From: Antedon mediterranea
Lineage: Eukaryota; Animalia; Echinodermata
NCBI RefSeq assembly: GCF_964355755.1
Contig: NC_092679.1
Location: forward strand, 712,201-776,200
Length of the DNA: 64,000 nucleotides
Direction: 5' to 3'
The notes below the pieces were generated by a model. It was not told the DNA's origin and made no database searches. It was given only the letters and a program-made list of their open reading frames with translations. A program made the position numbers and the translations under genes. Shown here piece after piece: positions 27,201 to 38,900 of the stretch (position 1 is its first letter; each line of letters begins with the position of its first letter).

Positions 27201-30200
27201 CTGTTCAAGAATAGTACTGAAATCAACTAAACTCTTTCAAAAACATTTATAGGAGGCAATCACCACTAAAAGTACAGAGTTACTAACATACTCACGAAAA
27301 TGTACATCATACTCAGAAGAGACAAAACATACTCACAGAAACATATCATACTCACAGAAACATATCATACTCACAGAAACATATCATACTCACAGAAACA
27401 TATCATACTCACAGAAACATATCATACTCACAGAAACATATCATACTCACAGAAACATATCATACTCACAGAAACATATCATACTCACAGAAACATATCA
27501 TACTCACAGAAACATATCATACTCACAGAAACATATCATACTCACAGAAACATATCATACTCACAGAAACATATCATACTCACAGAAACATATCATACTC
27601 ACAGAAACATATCATACTCACAGAAACATATCATACTCACAGAAACATATCATACTCACAGAAACATATCATACTCACAGAAACATATCATACTCACAGA
27701 AACATATCCTACTCACAGAAACATATCCTACTCACAGAAACATATCATACTCACAGAAACATATCATACTCACAGAAACATATCATACTCACAGAAACAT
27801 ATCATACTCACAGAAACATATCATACTCACAGAAACATATCATACTCACAGAAACATATCATACTCACAGACACATATCATACTCACAGACACATATCAT
27901 ACTCACAGACACATATCATACTCACAGACACATATCATACTCACAGACACATATCATACTCACAGAAACATATCATACTCACAGAAACATATCATACTCA
28001 CAGAAACATATCATACTCACAGAAACATATCATACTCACAGAAACATATCATACTCACAGAAACATATCATACTCACAGAAACATATCATACTCACAGAA
28101 ACATATCATACTCACAGAAACATATCATACTCACAGAAACATATCATACTCACAGAAACATATCATACTCACAGAAACATATCATACTCACAGAAACATA
28201 TTTGCAGAAAACATCCCAAATTCTTTCTAACTATATTAACACAATTTTATCATTCATCAAAGTACAAACAAAATATATAACTACTTTTCTTTTCTATGCA
28301 GATATGAATTGTATTCTAGGCCAGCCTGCCCTTTGACCTCTCAACCGTTTTCTCAATCATGCACTGAAGTTGCTCTTAGTAAGTCTTACGAAGGAACAAG
28401 TACTAACTACACATTGAGTAATCTGCAACCATACACCAACTACGAGTTCAAAGTATTTGCTCATAATTCAGAAGGCAATGCAGAATCACCATCTGTGATT
28501 GGAATCACTACTGCAAAGGGTAACATTATGTTTCTTGTCTCTCATTTTGCTATCTTATAACACACATCTTAGCCATTTGATTGGTTAACACACACATCTT
28601 AAGCTCTGTCTACACTATCAAACTTTATGTGACAAAAAAATATGATGTGCCTATATATGGACATGATGTCATATCACTACCATATTTGGGGGTATATCAC
28701 ACTTTTTTTGTAAAACTAGTTTGATAGTGTAGACCGAGCTTTAGCCATTTCATTGGTTAATTATGTATCACATGCCATTCAATATTAGTTCTACTGAATA
28801 GAAAAGTGATTTTTAATTGTGGTATTTACTAGTACTATTTTGGCATTCATTTATGTATACTATACTTAGAAAAGAAATATATATTTTATTATTTATATGA
28901 AATGTTTTAAAATATTCTTGGTTGCACTTACCTTCTTTATTGCTCTATCTAAGCTATTAATCCATAATATATTAGATTATATGAAGAAAGTAGAGGCATC
29001 TATTACTTAGTTAGTAGTTCAGAGCTGGTATTGAATATGTCACATATTCTAAACATAAAGTATAACAAGATGATACAATTGATACGAAGTGTTACATTGG
29101 CTACTTACATAATCCTATTGTTTCAGAGTATTAAATTACTAAACTAAAATATATATATTGTAAAACTTTTATTTCTACAGCACCTGTATATGTGTCAGAT
29201 CTTACCATTCAAACAAATGCCTCAAATCTTGTGATTGGATGGACCAATAGCTTCATATTAAACAGCAAACTGGTTGAGTATGTACTCACAGAAAATGGAG
29301 ACAAAGTTTACAGTGGAGTGGCAACGACTGTTGAGCGCCCTCTCACAGCAAAGTGTAAGTAGACTGAAATAAAGTAATGTTTTTAGTAACTGATAGTGCA
29401 ACATTTATTTTTTGTTGAATAATTATTTTCGACCATATTTTAGTGCCAGATATCAATCTCATACAACTTTGACATCACCTTTCACACCTGAGCGCACCAA
29501 ATAAGCGTTGATGTGTCTTAAATAGTATAATACAGCTATTTAAATTGCTTAATGTTATTTTTGTATATTTTCAGTATATGAATTTATTGTAATATGCAGA
29601 ACAACTACAGGTGAAGTATCATCTGGCGCTTTAGTATATGATGTCAACAGCATCAGTAAGTTTACTTTTACAATTTTTGTTCATAATTATAAAACTAATA
29701 ATAATAATAATCATGGTAGTCTTATATAGCGCCTAATACAAGGTTTATAAGCCCTTTACACATAAAAATGATCCATAACATATCTAAGATAACCAAAAAA
29801 ATAAAGAAAAGCTGAGGAAATATTTATACTGCTCTGTTCTCCAGAACTTTGTAGCTCTCCTATGAGAGTTCGCCGAAACAGAATTCACAGGAGCTTGAGT
29901 TAATAATAATAATCATATCTATGCAGTGTTTACATTCTTCTTTCTTTTTTGCCACTATCAGATGGGGAATCTATTGATAATGGAGATGAAGATTGGTATT
30001 CCTCCGGTTGGTTCCTGGCTCTTGTCGTTCTCTTCGTCGCATTTTTATTGTTGGCTTTCATCGCTGTCTGCTTGAACCGTATGGGAGCACGTAAACCTTA
30101 TGAGCGTGAGAGACAGCCGTTACCGCCACGACAAAAACGAGGGTTACTCATCCCATCTTTCAACAACTGTAACTACGCTCACTCTGAGAGCATCATGGTG

Positions 30201-30899
30201 AGTGCAACAATCAACCATTTGAGAGATTTTATTAACAGTCAATTTTATGGGGTTTCAATGTCTTGGAAAAAACGTATAGTTTAAATAAAACATTTTATAA
30301 TATCATATTTACAAAATTTTCTATTTTAAAATTGAATTAATTGTATTGGTTTTACAGGACCCAATACCCCAAGCAATCAGTCGATCTGTGAGTCAACGAA
30401 GCTTGACCAACGCCAGTCTTAAAGGTTATAACAATCCAGCATTTGTCGGGATGCCTCCACAGACACCACGCAGTCATAGAGGAAGTCAGATATTTGACGA
30501 AAAACAATTCTTTAAATTTGATGATGAAGAAGACGCAGGCTGGGATAATCAAGTAGCAGACAGTGGATTGGTAAGTGCATTAATTTTAAGTAATAATGAT
30601 AAAATATCACTTTTATACACTGTATTGTACTCTCTATTAAATTAAAATAAGCTCATTCAGTTGTGGGAAAATGGCAAAATCAGCACTGTGGTCATGTTAC
30701 AAGAGTTGTCAAAACAATAGAGATTATCTGATAAAACTCCAAGAAAGTAGGAAGCCTTTTGCTATTTTCCCCTGACTGCATTCTTAAAAAATTGTTTGTC
30801 TTTATATTTCCACAGTATGATGATGATAACATGACCCACATCAGTCAACCGTATAGCTACACTAAAGAACAAACTATGTTTACCGACACTCACCTTTAA
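243..30899 (+). CDS. USH2A: Usherin, multi-exon, 5' end (LamGL/LamNT) upstream of window: 10 laminin-EGF repeats, many FN3, two LamG, Cys-rich region, TM, C-terminal PDZ-binding motif
   Basis: The GT-AG exons I checked join in frame. CLPLYNEKQFRHGDQV...CSCNNHANSCHYNITLD...GGGGVC matches usherin LE1-2. LE repeats run to 2754, LamG1/2 lie at ~6520-9140 and the CC-rich region at ~17513-20570. There is a 3149-nt exon (23073-26221) and a TM segment WFLALVVLFVAFLLLAFIAVCL (~30009-30074) followed by KPYERERQPLPP. The last exon 30816-30899 reads YDDDNMTHISQPYSYTKEQTMFTDTHL*. Confidence 0.97.
2912..3066. mobile_element. MITE, TIR AGGGAGCTTTTGA, AAT TSD
   Basis: Terminal inverted repeats flanked by AAT on both sides. 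Confidence 0.7.
4707..5010 (+). mobile_element. tRNA-derived SINE with Deu/Nin-like central domain
   Basis: tRNA-like head (GAGTGAG...TGGCCGAGCGG A-box, GGTTCGA B-box, ...CTCACTCCA), then TAAGGACTATAAACCGTAGGTCC...TTAAAGAACC...GAGTAGGGGGTTACCCCGGTGT, which resembles the Deu/Nin core from memory. AT-rich tail. Confidence 0.75.
5982..6154. mobile_element. MITE, TIR TGGCCRTATTCACCA
   Basis: Imperfect inverted repeats of about 27 bp around a palindrome-rich interior. Confidence 0.7.
6757..6796 (-). ncRNA. Minimal hammerhead relic of a different Penelope-like family
   Basis: The minus strand reads CACA-CTGATGA-A-GGGC-TAGTGTT-GCCC-AAAA-GCTC-TG (GAAA mutated to AAAA). Confidence 0.5.
7238..7333 (+). 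ncRNA. Minimal hammerhead-ribozyme relic in a Penelope-like repeat (related copies 1232-1325, 26273-26370)
   Basis: CTC-CTAAGGA-C-GATCAA-loop-TTGATC-GAAA-CGTC-GAG, with a shared downstream TGGTGTACC(G/T)CAAACTT. Confidence 0.65.
8722..8850 (+). mobile_element. tRNA-derived SINE fragment (second copy at ~33608-33690)
   Basis: A-box/B-box-like GTGGCTTGATGG...GGTTCAAGT. It shares ATGATGCTTGGCTACCAATCCAAGG and CAAATTACAACTCCACT with 33615-33689. Confidence 0.6.
9483..9547. repeat. 15-bp tandem repeat (TAACTGGTGATATAT) x ~4
   Basis: Direct repeats just upstream of a USH2A acceptor. Confidence 0.9.
10703..10864. mobile_element. MITE, TIR GCYGATTTYCCACTAGGC
   Basis: Inverted repeats flanked by TAA-like sites. 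Confidence 0.65.
18542..18601 (+). CDS. USH2A: Putative 60-nt cassette exon of USH2A (GAFFDSQQGLCCDATYVSFE)
   Basis: tttcag acceptor and G|gtaaat donor, phase 1-1, open frame. The peptide resembles the start of the next exon (GTFYDGFNAHCCGSTIISVN). Confidence 0.6.
19810..20393 (+). mobile_element. Helentron-associated non-autonomous element (HINE/DINE-1-like)
   Basis: 5' ACCTCCGCCAAGGAGGT (subTIR plus IR), then a (GTGT/GTTT)n tract. The 3' subTIR GGCGGAGGT is followed by hairpin GTACTCTCGGAGTAC and CTAGTT, in T-rich flanks. Confidence 0.8.
21094..21260. mobile_element. Second Harbinger-type MITE family (TIR AGGCCAATTTACACAGACAAGCGGTAA)
   Basis: Long TIRs and TAA TSD. Related copies at 22861-23019 and 33997-34185. 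Confidence 0.85.
27325..28200. repeat. 19-bp minisatellite (ACATATCATACTCACAGAA) x ~46
   Basis: Near-perfect tandem array in a USH2A intron. Confidence 0.97.
28602..28740. mobile_element. PIF/Harbinger-type MITE, TIR AGCTCTGTCTACACTATCAAACT; representative of ~14 copies in the window
   Basis: TIRs with a TTA TSD. Other full or partial copies lie near 534, 4480, 7753, 8283, 12607, 15332, 16916, 22246, 37736, 39661, 45490, 60355 and 62065; most are flanked by TAA/TTA. Confidence 0.9.
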
Positions 30900-32900
30900 C
30901 CTTTTGATGTATTAATGTTTTCACCTGGGGTGATTTTATATTTTTATTGTGTTTGTGTTTGTGCATGTTGAACCATATAAAAATAATTTGTAAATATATG
31001 AAATAAATGGTTTTTAACTAGTTTTTTTTTAACTGATAGCTATAGTAAATAGGATTTTGTAAATTATTGGCTGAAATAATTTTTAATTTTTTAATTGATG
31101 TGAAAGTGCATTATATTGGGCTGATGTTATAATATTTTTATTTCCGTCCTTTTAAGAATTAATGAATTATCTAATTTCTAGTTTCCATCAGCACACAAAT
31201 AAGCAGCCTTGTATGGGGCGCCATACGCCGCAAAGGAATGCATGTAGATTTTACAAAATACACACCCATTTTACATTTACACATGCTTTTAAACATAAAG
31301 GCCATAAATTGTTGTAGGTTGTTCCCTATTTATACAAGTACTTTTTAAAATGTAATTTATAGATTTTAAGATTACATATAGAAACACCTTGATTTACTGT
31401 ATTTATACTTGTAAATTAGTTGGTACTATTTGTTGTTGTAATGTTCAACATTTTTATACAACTGTATTTTAAATTTTAATGTAAAATACTGTAAAACTTT
31501 TTATTTAGTTTAATAAATTTCCGTCCGCTCTGCAATATGTAGATAAAAGAACCGTCCGACATTAAAAAGGAATTATGTACTTATAAAACATTCCCTCCAA
31601 TACTGTAATGCTTTTCTATAATTCCGTCCTTTTGCAATATCCACTGTTCCTTATATCATTACATTCGCTATATCATTACATTCCCATATAATAAGTTATT
31701 TGAGGAATTATTCCTTTCATTTCCGTCATTTGTGTGCGTATAGGTGTGAACAAACATGGGTCAGACGAATGTCCACACCATGTTCTTAAAAGGTATAAAA
31801 TATATTAAGATGTTTTAATAGTAATTTATCTTTAATTTCAGTTATTTAATTTTTTTATATTTCAACATTGGACGGTCTGGTAAAAGGGTGCGTTTTTATA
31901 AATAGCATTCTTGTATTTGAATAAAATGAGTGATTAAAAAAATGTATAAACAAAGTGTGTAGTGTTGGTTTTTATTTACTGAAGAACAGAGAAAGAATAC
32001 AAAATTATTAAGAATGTCAATAAATAAAATAGAAAGTGCAAAGTTTAACAAAAATAAAATTAGTCAATACAACAATTGTAACTGTATTAGTGGTTATAAG
32101 TTTGCAAGGTGACGCTATAGGCATATTTGACTGATTGCTGATGAACTTTTCTCAATATGATGTATTCACATTGTTCTTGGATAGCAATCTACCAGTCACA
32201 GTCAAATAAGCCTGGTCACAACCATGTAAGTACACATCGTATAAACCCACATAAACTGGACTCACTTTTGTAATTTGGTCCATAAATTCTTTAAAAAATT
32301 TAATTTAACATACTTGGTATAAACATTTCTCTGCCAGCACAGAAATATAGCATTATACGCAAGTGCATGCTCACTAAAAGTCCTCGTTCAAAACAAATCT
32401 AAACAGTTAAATTTAAATTACTCACTTTTTAAGTATCATCAAAATTAACCTAAAGAAAGATAGAAATTAATGAAAAGTTTGACAAATAAACAATTACAGA
32501 AATGCTCTTAAGCCAACAGTGGTTTTTGCTCAAATTCTTCAAAACAATCTTTTTATATCAAATTTTAGGCGCTAATGCGAGTTGTCAACATTCTGCAAGC
32601 ATAAAATTGTAAAAAATCAATAATTTTTTATTTATAACTATTTATAATCAATCAATAATTGAGCACCCTTCAGAAATCCATTGTCAGGTTAGCTTTGTGA
32701 AAATCATTGCTAGGCCTGTCGATAAAGTATGTAGGCCTCACAGGACAGAAACTGCATTAGCGCTAAATGTTAAACATTATTTGGTTAATCTGTAGGAGAG
32801 AATACATCTTCCACATTTATACATAAATATCAGTCAAGAGCCACATACATATTTGATTCTGTAATATAAATATAACATATTCTAATAAACAATAATCATA

Positions 32901-35900
32901 TTAACAATGTGTAACTCTGACATCATTTACATTTTCCTCATGACCCCCCTCTGCTCCAAGTGGTAGATCCTCTGTGCTACGGTTGCCAAGGTGGTTACTA
33001 GATGCTCGAAGCTGATTGGTTCTTAGTGGCATTAATGAGGTTGCTGGACTAAGTGAAGGGGTAGTACAGCGTGATGAACTAAGATCACATTGACCCATTA
33101 AGTATACCAGCTCTTCATGAGATGGGCCTGCTAAATCGGTAGCTACAAAAAAAATGTTTAACAAATTATTTTTTTCAACTTTAAAAAAAAAGAAAACGCA
33201 TTATATATCTTAATAATGCTTATTCTGTGATTGCATTACCAACAAGCCATTTCCAACTCTTTATTATGTAATTAGACTAAAAACAACTTACTTTTGTCAG
33301 ATTTTGAATAAGATTCCAGTGCCGTTGTTAAATCCCAAATCTAAAAAAAGGTATAAAATTTGATTACAAAGTATTTTGTAATTCGTAAAAAGGTTTAATA
33401 ACTACAAGAAAATGTTGTAAATGACTAACCTGTACACTTCCGTTAGAATGTCCTGTAAACAGAAAGCGACGAGGCCTTGACCCCATCCGACTTGACCCTT
33501 CGCACTCATGGACACTAAAACAACTAATGAAGCTTGTATCTACTGAGCGTATCTCACATACCCTGTTGATGAAAACAGAAAATGTAGTTTGTGTATCGTT
33601 AGTTACTTGGTGGTATGATGCTTGGCTACCAATCCAAGGTTCCTGGTCATATGTCAGAATTTTTTCTAATCACAAATTACAACTCCACTAAAACAAAGTC
33701 AAATAAATAAATAAAATAATATATCAAATACAATTAGTTTGCCAAGCAGACAGTGTATGGATTTTATATATTTATTTATACTGCCACCCACCTGTGTCCT
33801 GTAGACGATACTCTTACATAAAGTAAGTCCGTCTCTGGTACAACTTTTTGAATAAATACTTGTTGATCTTCCCTGTCACCATAGGGACCTGGAAATAAAA
33901 ACAAATAAACAAACAATGAAAGGATCAACATATTTCCAATACCAGGTTCTCATATACTCTTCTTCTTGTGTCCATATTTTTCCTCACTTTAACTAAAGCA
34001 AATTTACACAGACAAGCTGTAACGGTAAGCTGAAAACCGCATAGCTTGTCCACGTATAATCTGTATCTATCCTGAGTGGAAACCGCCCGGCTGCTTTGAG
34101 TTGTGTGTCAATGGTCATAAGGAATAACATAAATATATGATGATGATTTTTATTACTGTTACCGGTCGTCTGTGTAAATTGGCCTTTACTTGGTCGCATA
34201 ATTATTGTCACTCACTCACCAATATCATTACCAACTGGATAACTTGGATGGCAATCTGGTTCATCTAATGACAGAACCTTGAATGAGGCAAGAGGTGTTG
34301 ACCCTGGTTGAGTTGAAAGCATTCCACGGAATCGGGTCACATTCCACGTTCGTACATGATTTGATTCAGAACAAACTATAATACAATTACAGGGTAGTAC
34401 ATACTAAAAAAACGGTCTAAAAATGTTCAACTGATTTTATTCTATTTTAAGTACCTACTAAGGGGACACTTTTCTGTGAACTGAACAAAGGGAAATATGT
34501 TGCAACACTACAGTCAACCGCTATTCAGGGGACATCGCCATTAAGGTGACCAGTGGCTATGAGCACTCATTGGCTAAACCCAGGGGCCCCGGAGCTCATG
34601 GGGGACCCTGAGCAGTGCGCAGAGGAAAAACGCCCAAGGCCTCAGGCGTGGAGGGCCACTTAGGGTTCCTAAACCAGGGGCCTCACAGGCATCAGCGTTA
34701 TGTCACTGAAGGCGACACTGTGATGGGTACAGAAGGGGTTCTGTTGTATTAAATTAATGAAGAGTGAGGCTTACCCGATACAAGGTGTTTCTCAGACAGC
34801 ATCACCTTTGTAATACGACTTCTATGAACGGTAAAAGTCTGGAACAGTTGCGGTCCCTGTCCCATCGTCTCAGGATGTTGCACAATCATTCGCACTTTAC
34901 CAGAACTTGTACCATACGCAATTTCAATCCAATTCCCCATTAAAGCTAAATCAATCAAATTCAAATTTTCATCATAAATAATTGAATAGATCACCTTCAT
35001 GTATAATCATGAAAAAGCAATGGTCTACATTAATTCGCAGGTGATTTTGTAGCTAAAGATGAGCACATTGGCTGCAGATAAATATCTTTATAATTTGAAT
35101 CATGATTGTTTTACTTCACCACATACAATATGCTTTTTAGATTGAAATTACATTTAATTATTAAAATCAGTAAACAAAAATAAATTAATATGGCAATATT
35201 GGATTTCATTTCTTTCTCAGCTGGTATAATTTTTCACATTAAAAGTTTGAATAAATTTATCTGGGAAAAACACATGAAGTTTGCTGGCTTTGAGATAGAT
35301 CTATTTCTGTAAAACACGTCACATAACTTACTCGTAATGTTGTAAGCAGATATCAATGTTTATCAGCTTGGGGAAATCCTGACAGATTGCATAACTCAGT
35401 ATTAAACATTAATAAGCCTCAAAACATATGGTTACAAAATTGCTAGCATTTCATCATAAGTTAACATTTACAAATAAAATAACATTTAACAGAACTGTAA
35501 TACACAAAAATGTGAAATGTTAGCATTTAAATTCAGCAAAATACAAATAAGTAACATATTTTAATATTTAATGCTACAATTGTATTTGCTTCTTCTCTTC
35601 TATAATATTTATTATTTAATGAAAAAAATGAACATACTTATCTTGGGAGTGAGATAAACACTCAAAGCAGTAACTGCATCCTGGGAAGGGTCAGCGTAGA
35701 GTTCAGTGACCAGCAGGTCATTGTCTTTCATTCGTAGAGGGAATTTTTCCATATCTACCAAAACATAATAGTAGATAGTAAGTTCCTCAATTATCTATAT
35801 AATTATCTTCTTCATCCACATTAGATATCTTGTTCATATCCTCATTTTTGGAGATTAATTGATTTGTCAGATCAGGAACCATTACTCAAATTTCATATTG

Positions 35901-38900
35901 AGTAAATTCTCATCTCGAAACTATTCCAAACTAAGTAATAATCACAAGCTCTGAATCAACACATTCAAGCTTTATTTATTTAGTATATATTATTTGTATT
36001 AAATCATTATCATCAGTAAACGCCTCTCATCTTGTGACATGAAGTTTTCCACTTTACACCAAAAATGTTATTGTATGTAATGTTATTGTATGTAATGTTA
36101 TTGTATGTAATGTTATTGTATGTAATGTTATTGTATGTAATGTTATTGTATGTAATGTTATTGTATGTAATGTTATTGTATGTAATGTTATTGTATGTAA
36201 TGTTATTGTATGTAATGTTATTGTATGTAATGTTATTGTATGTAATGTTATTGTATGTAATGTTATTGTATGTAATGTTATTGTATGTAATGTTATTGTA
36301 TGTAATGTTATTGTATGTAATGTTATTGTATGTAATGTTATTGTATGTAATGTTATTGTATGTAATGTTATTGTATGCCTTTTACTCTGCTGCATGGGAT
36401 GATTTTGTATTATATACTTCGTTAAAAATTAAAAAATTACCTATGTAGTAGATAGAACCATTTGTGCAACCTAGCAACAGGAACGTCCCTGCTGTATCGT
36501 AGCTACTGATTGGCTGAATATTCTGACACTGAAACAATAGAATTTTATAAATTGGAACATATAAAATGTTTAAAAAAAGCAAAACTTCAGCAAGTCATTT
36601 ATAATGTTGCTGGTAATAATAAAAATGAAACATATACTCAGTTTATTTACAATGCAAAACAAGTGACAACCAAAATGATTAATATAATAACTAAAACTAA
36701 AATAACCTGTTTTTAAATCAGTAATAAAATATAATAAGCATTTTTTTTGTGTTAATTATGTCAATAATTGATGATTTGGAATTTGGCCATATTATAATGC
36801 CTAACTGGAATTTCCACTCTAACAATGGCAATCTCCCAAGGGCTAGATGCCAATGATAATAACATTTCATCATCTTTATAAATATAAGATGTAGTAATGC
36901 AAGCCAGTAAATACTTGAAAGATGAGATTCAATGTTTGGAATTTGTACAGTGCTCAAATATATCAATACAATATACACACATGATGAGTGAAACACATTT
37001 TGTAAGTATAAACTAGACTAGATAGTGTATATAGTGAGGTGGGTATTGCCTTCACCTAATGTATAGGTACTAAGTCTATTGAGCCTAAATAGGTATTTAA
37101 GGGATGATTTGGTTTTACCATGTTGAAACACTGATTCTTGTCAGATCACTAAAGTTTAGCAGTGTTAAGCCCGGGTTAGAGCTTGGATGGGATACCATCT
37201 GGGAATACCGGGTGCTGTATGGAGCTGGGATCCGGTTAGGCATTTAAAATCAGCACTGCTGACTCTTATGGCAGCCCCCTGCATCTAGTATCTACCTCAG
37301 GTGAAGGCAGGCACTAGACGATCAATGTTAGGACCAATCAAGGTGCTTTAAACAGTCCTAGCTTAGTCATCATATATATATACACAAGAGACCTTTAGCT
37401 AATCTGCCTACATACTAAGGCTAGGTCCAACCTATTATACAACTTTACCTGCCAACTACGGGTAACTGCATGCCACACTCCTACTTTCCCTGTATGACTA
37501 GTAGCAACCAGTTGACTTCCGATAAAAAATAATGAATCGACTCTCACTCCAAGATCAAAAGTACCTGAAACGAATTCATTCATTCATTCAGGAAAAAAAA
37601 ATCCAGTAATTTTAGTAAAGTATGATAAATATACAGTAGCTAAGAGCACGCCAGCCAGGTTTTAGATGATCATCCCCTTCCTGAAGCACCCTTTTCAAAC
37701 TACAGATCAACAGCAAAAGTATATATATTTTCTTAAGCTCTGTCTACACTTTCAAACTTTATGTGACAAAAAATGTGATGTGCCCATATATGGACATGAT
37801 GACATCATATCACTACCATATTTGGGTATATCACTACCATATTTGGGCACATCACATTGTTTTTGTCAAGCTAGTTTGATAGTGTAGATTTTAGAGCTTT
37901 ATACAAACCTATTTCATTTCTTAAACTATCATCTTGACAACACCATAAACGGATCATACTGCCAAATGCCACAGCCAGCATCTTATCTCTTCCATCTGTC
38001 TGTGTCACTCCAACAACTTTAGAGTTGAGAGCGAGTCGTTCAATGGACTGTTCGAGATAAGGACTCGTAAAAACGAGCTGCCATCCGCTGGATTCCTTGA
38101 TACGATAACAACAAACAAAGTGTGCATAGGCTACAGCGATCCAGCCGTGGTGTCCTGTTACTATTATTACTTTTCGTGGATCTATATCTATACAAAAAAT
38201 AGAAATAATTATTTAATGGAAAGGGGAAAACCCAAACCTTAAATGGAGATTATAAGATAAATAGCGGTGTAGTATAAAATGCAATGTATAAGAAATCAAT
38301 TTTGAAGCACAGGGCCGTAGCCAGGATCTGTCCAGTGGGGGTTCGGACACTAAATATTTGGGTCAACCCCCCCCAACCCCCCCCCCCCCCGGGGCCTGAT
38401 GCGAAGCGAATTTTGTTAAATGACACCCCTAGATGGCCGGAAAAGACACTCTCGTGCAGCATGCTACCGATGAGCAAAAAGATCGTACTTTTTTCCTCCT
38501 TCTCAAACACGTCGATAATTTAAAGGACGATAACTATTTGTTGCCGTATGTTAGATGCGCGTGCTCTGTGTGCGGAACCGCCGATTGTTTGATCATTTAC
38601 TCCGTATTTTGTTTTGCGTTCAAGTTCAATGCGAACGTACATCTAGGAGCAGCCCCGAAAAAAGCACACTGGTTGAAGGCAAATGCTATTTGCTAGCTCT
38701 ATCTATAATATTTATTTACAGCAATTTGTTGAGGAATATAAATATGTAAATAGGTGATATTGATACATTTTAATACGTATCGGCTGGTGGTCTAGAAAAA
38801 AATAATCGGATGCCATAATGTGAACTACAGTACTTGATACCATAGATATTATAGTGTAAAATATTAATATTCACTATAATCCTCTATGATACATTATACT

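Noticed and set aside
27300-28280. 326-aa repetitive ORF / CRISPR-like array
   Set aside because: It is the translation of a 19-bp intronic minisatellite with no unique spacers, in a eukaryotic context.
219-30552. Minus-strand and alternative-frame ORFs overlapping USH2A exons
   Set aside because: Shadow ORFs of coding exons with no recognisable domains or splice structure.
35331-35380. Possible KCTD3 micro-exon (strong GTAAGT donor on minus strand)
   Set aside because: Candidate acceptors give frameshifts or in-frame stops, and the flanking exons join cleanly without it.
36054-36448. HTITL / MLLYV repeat ORFs
   Set aside because: Artefacts of a 15-bp tandem repeat.
37105-37222. Functional 5S rRNA gene
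   Set aside because: Many substitutions, a single copy, and no oligo-T terminator.
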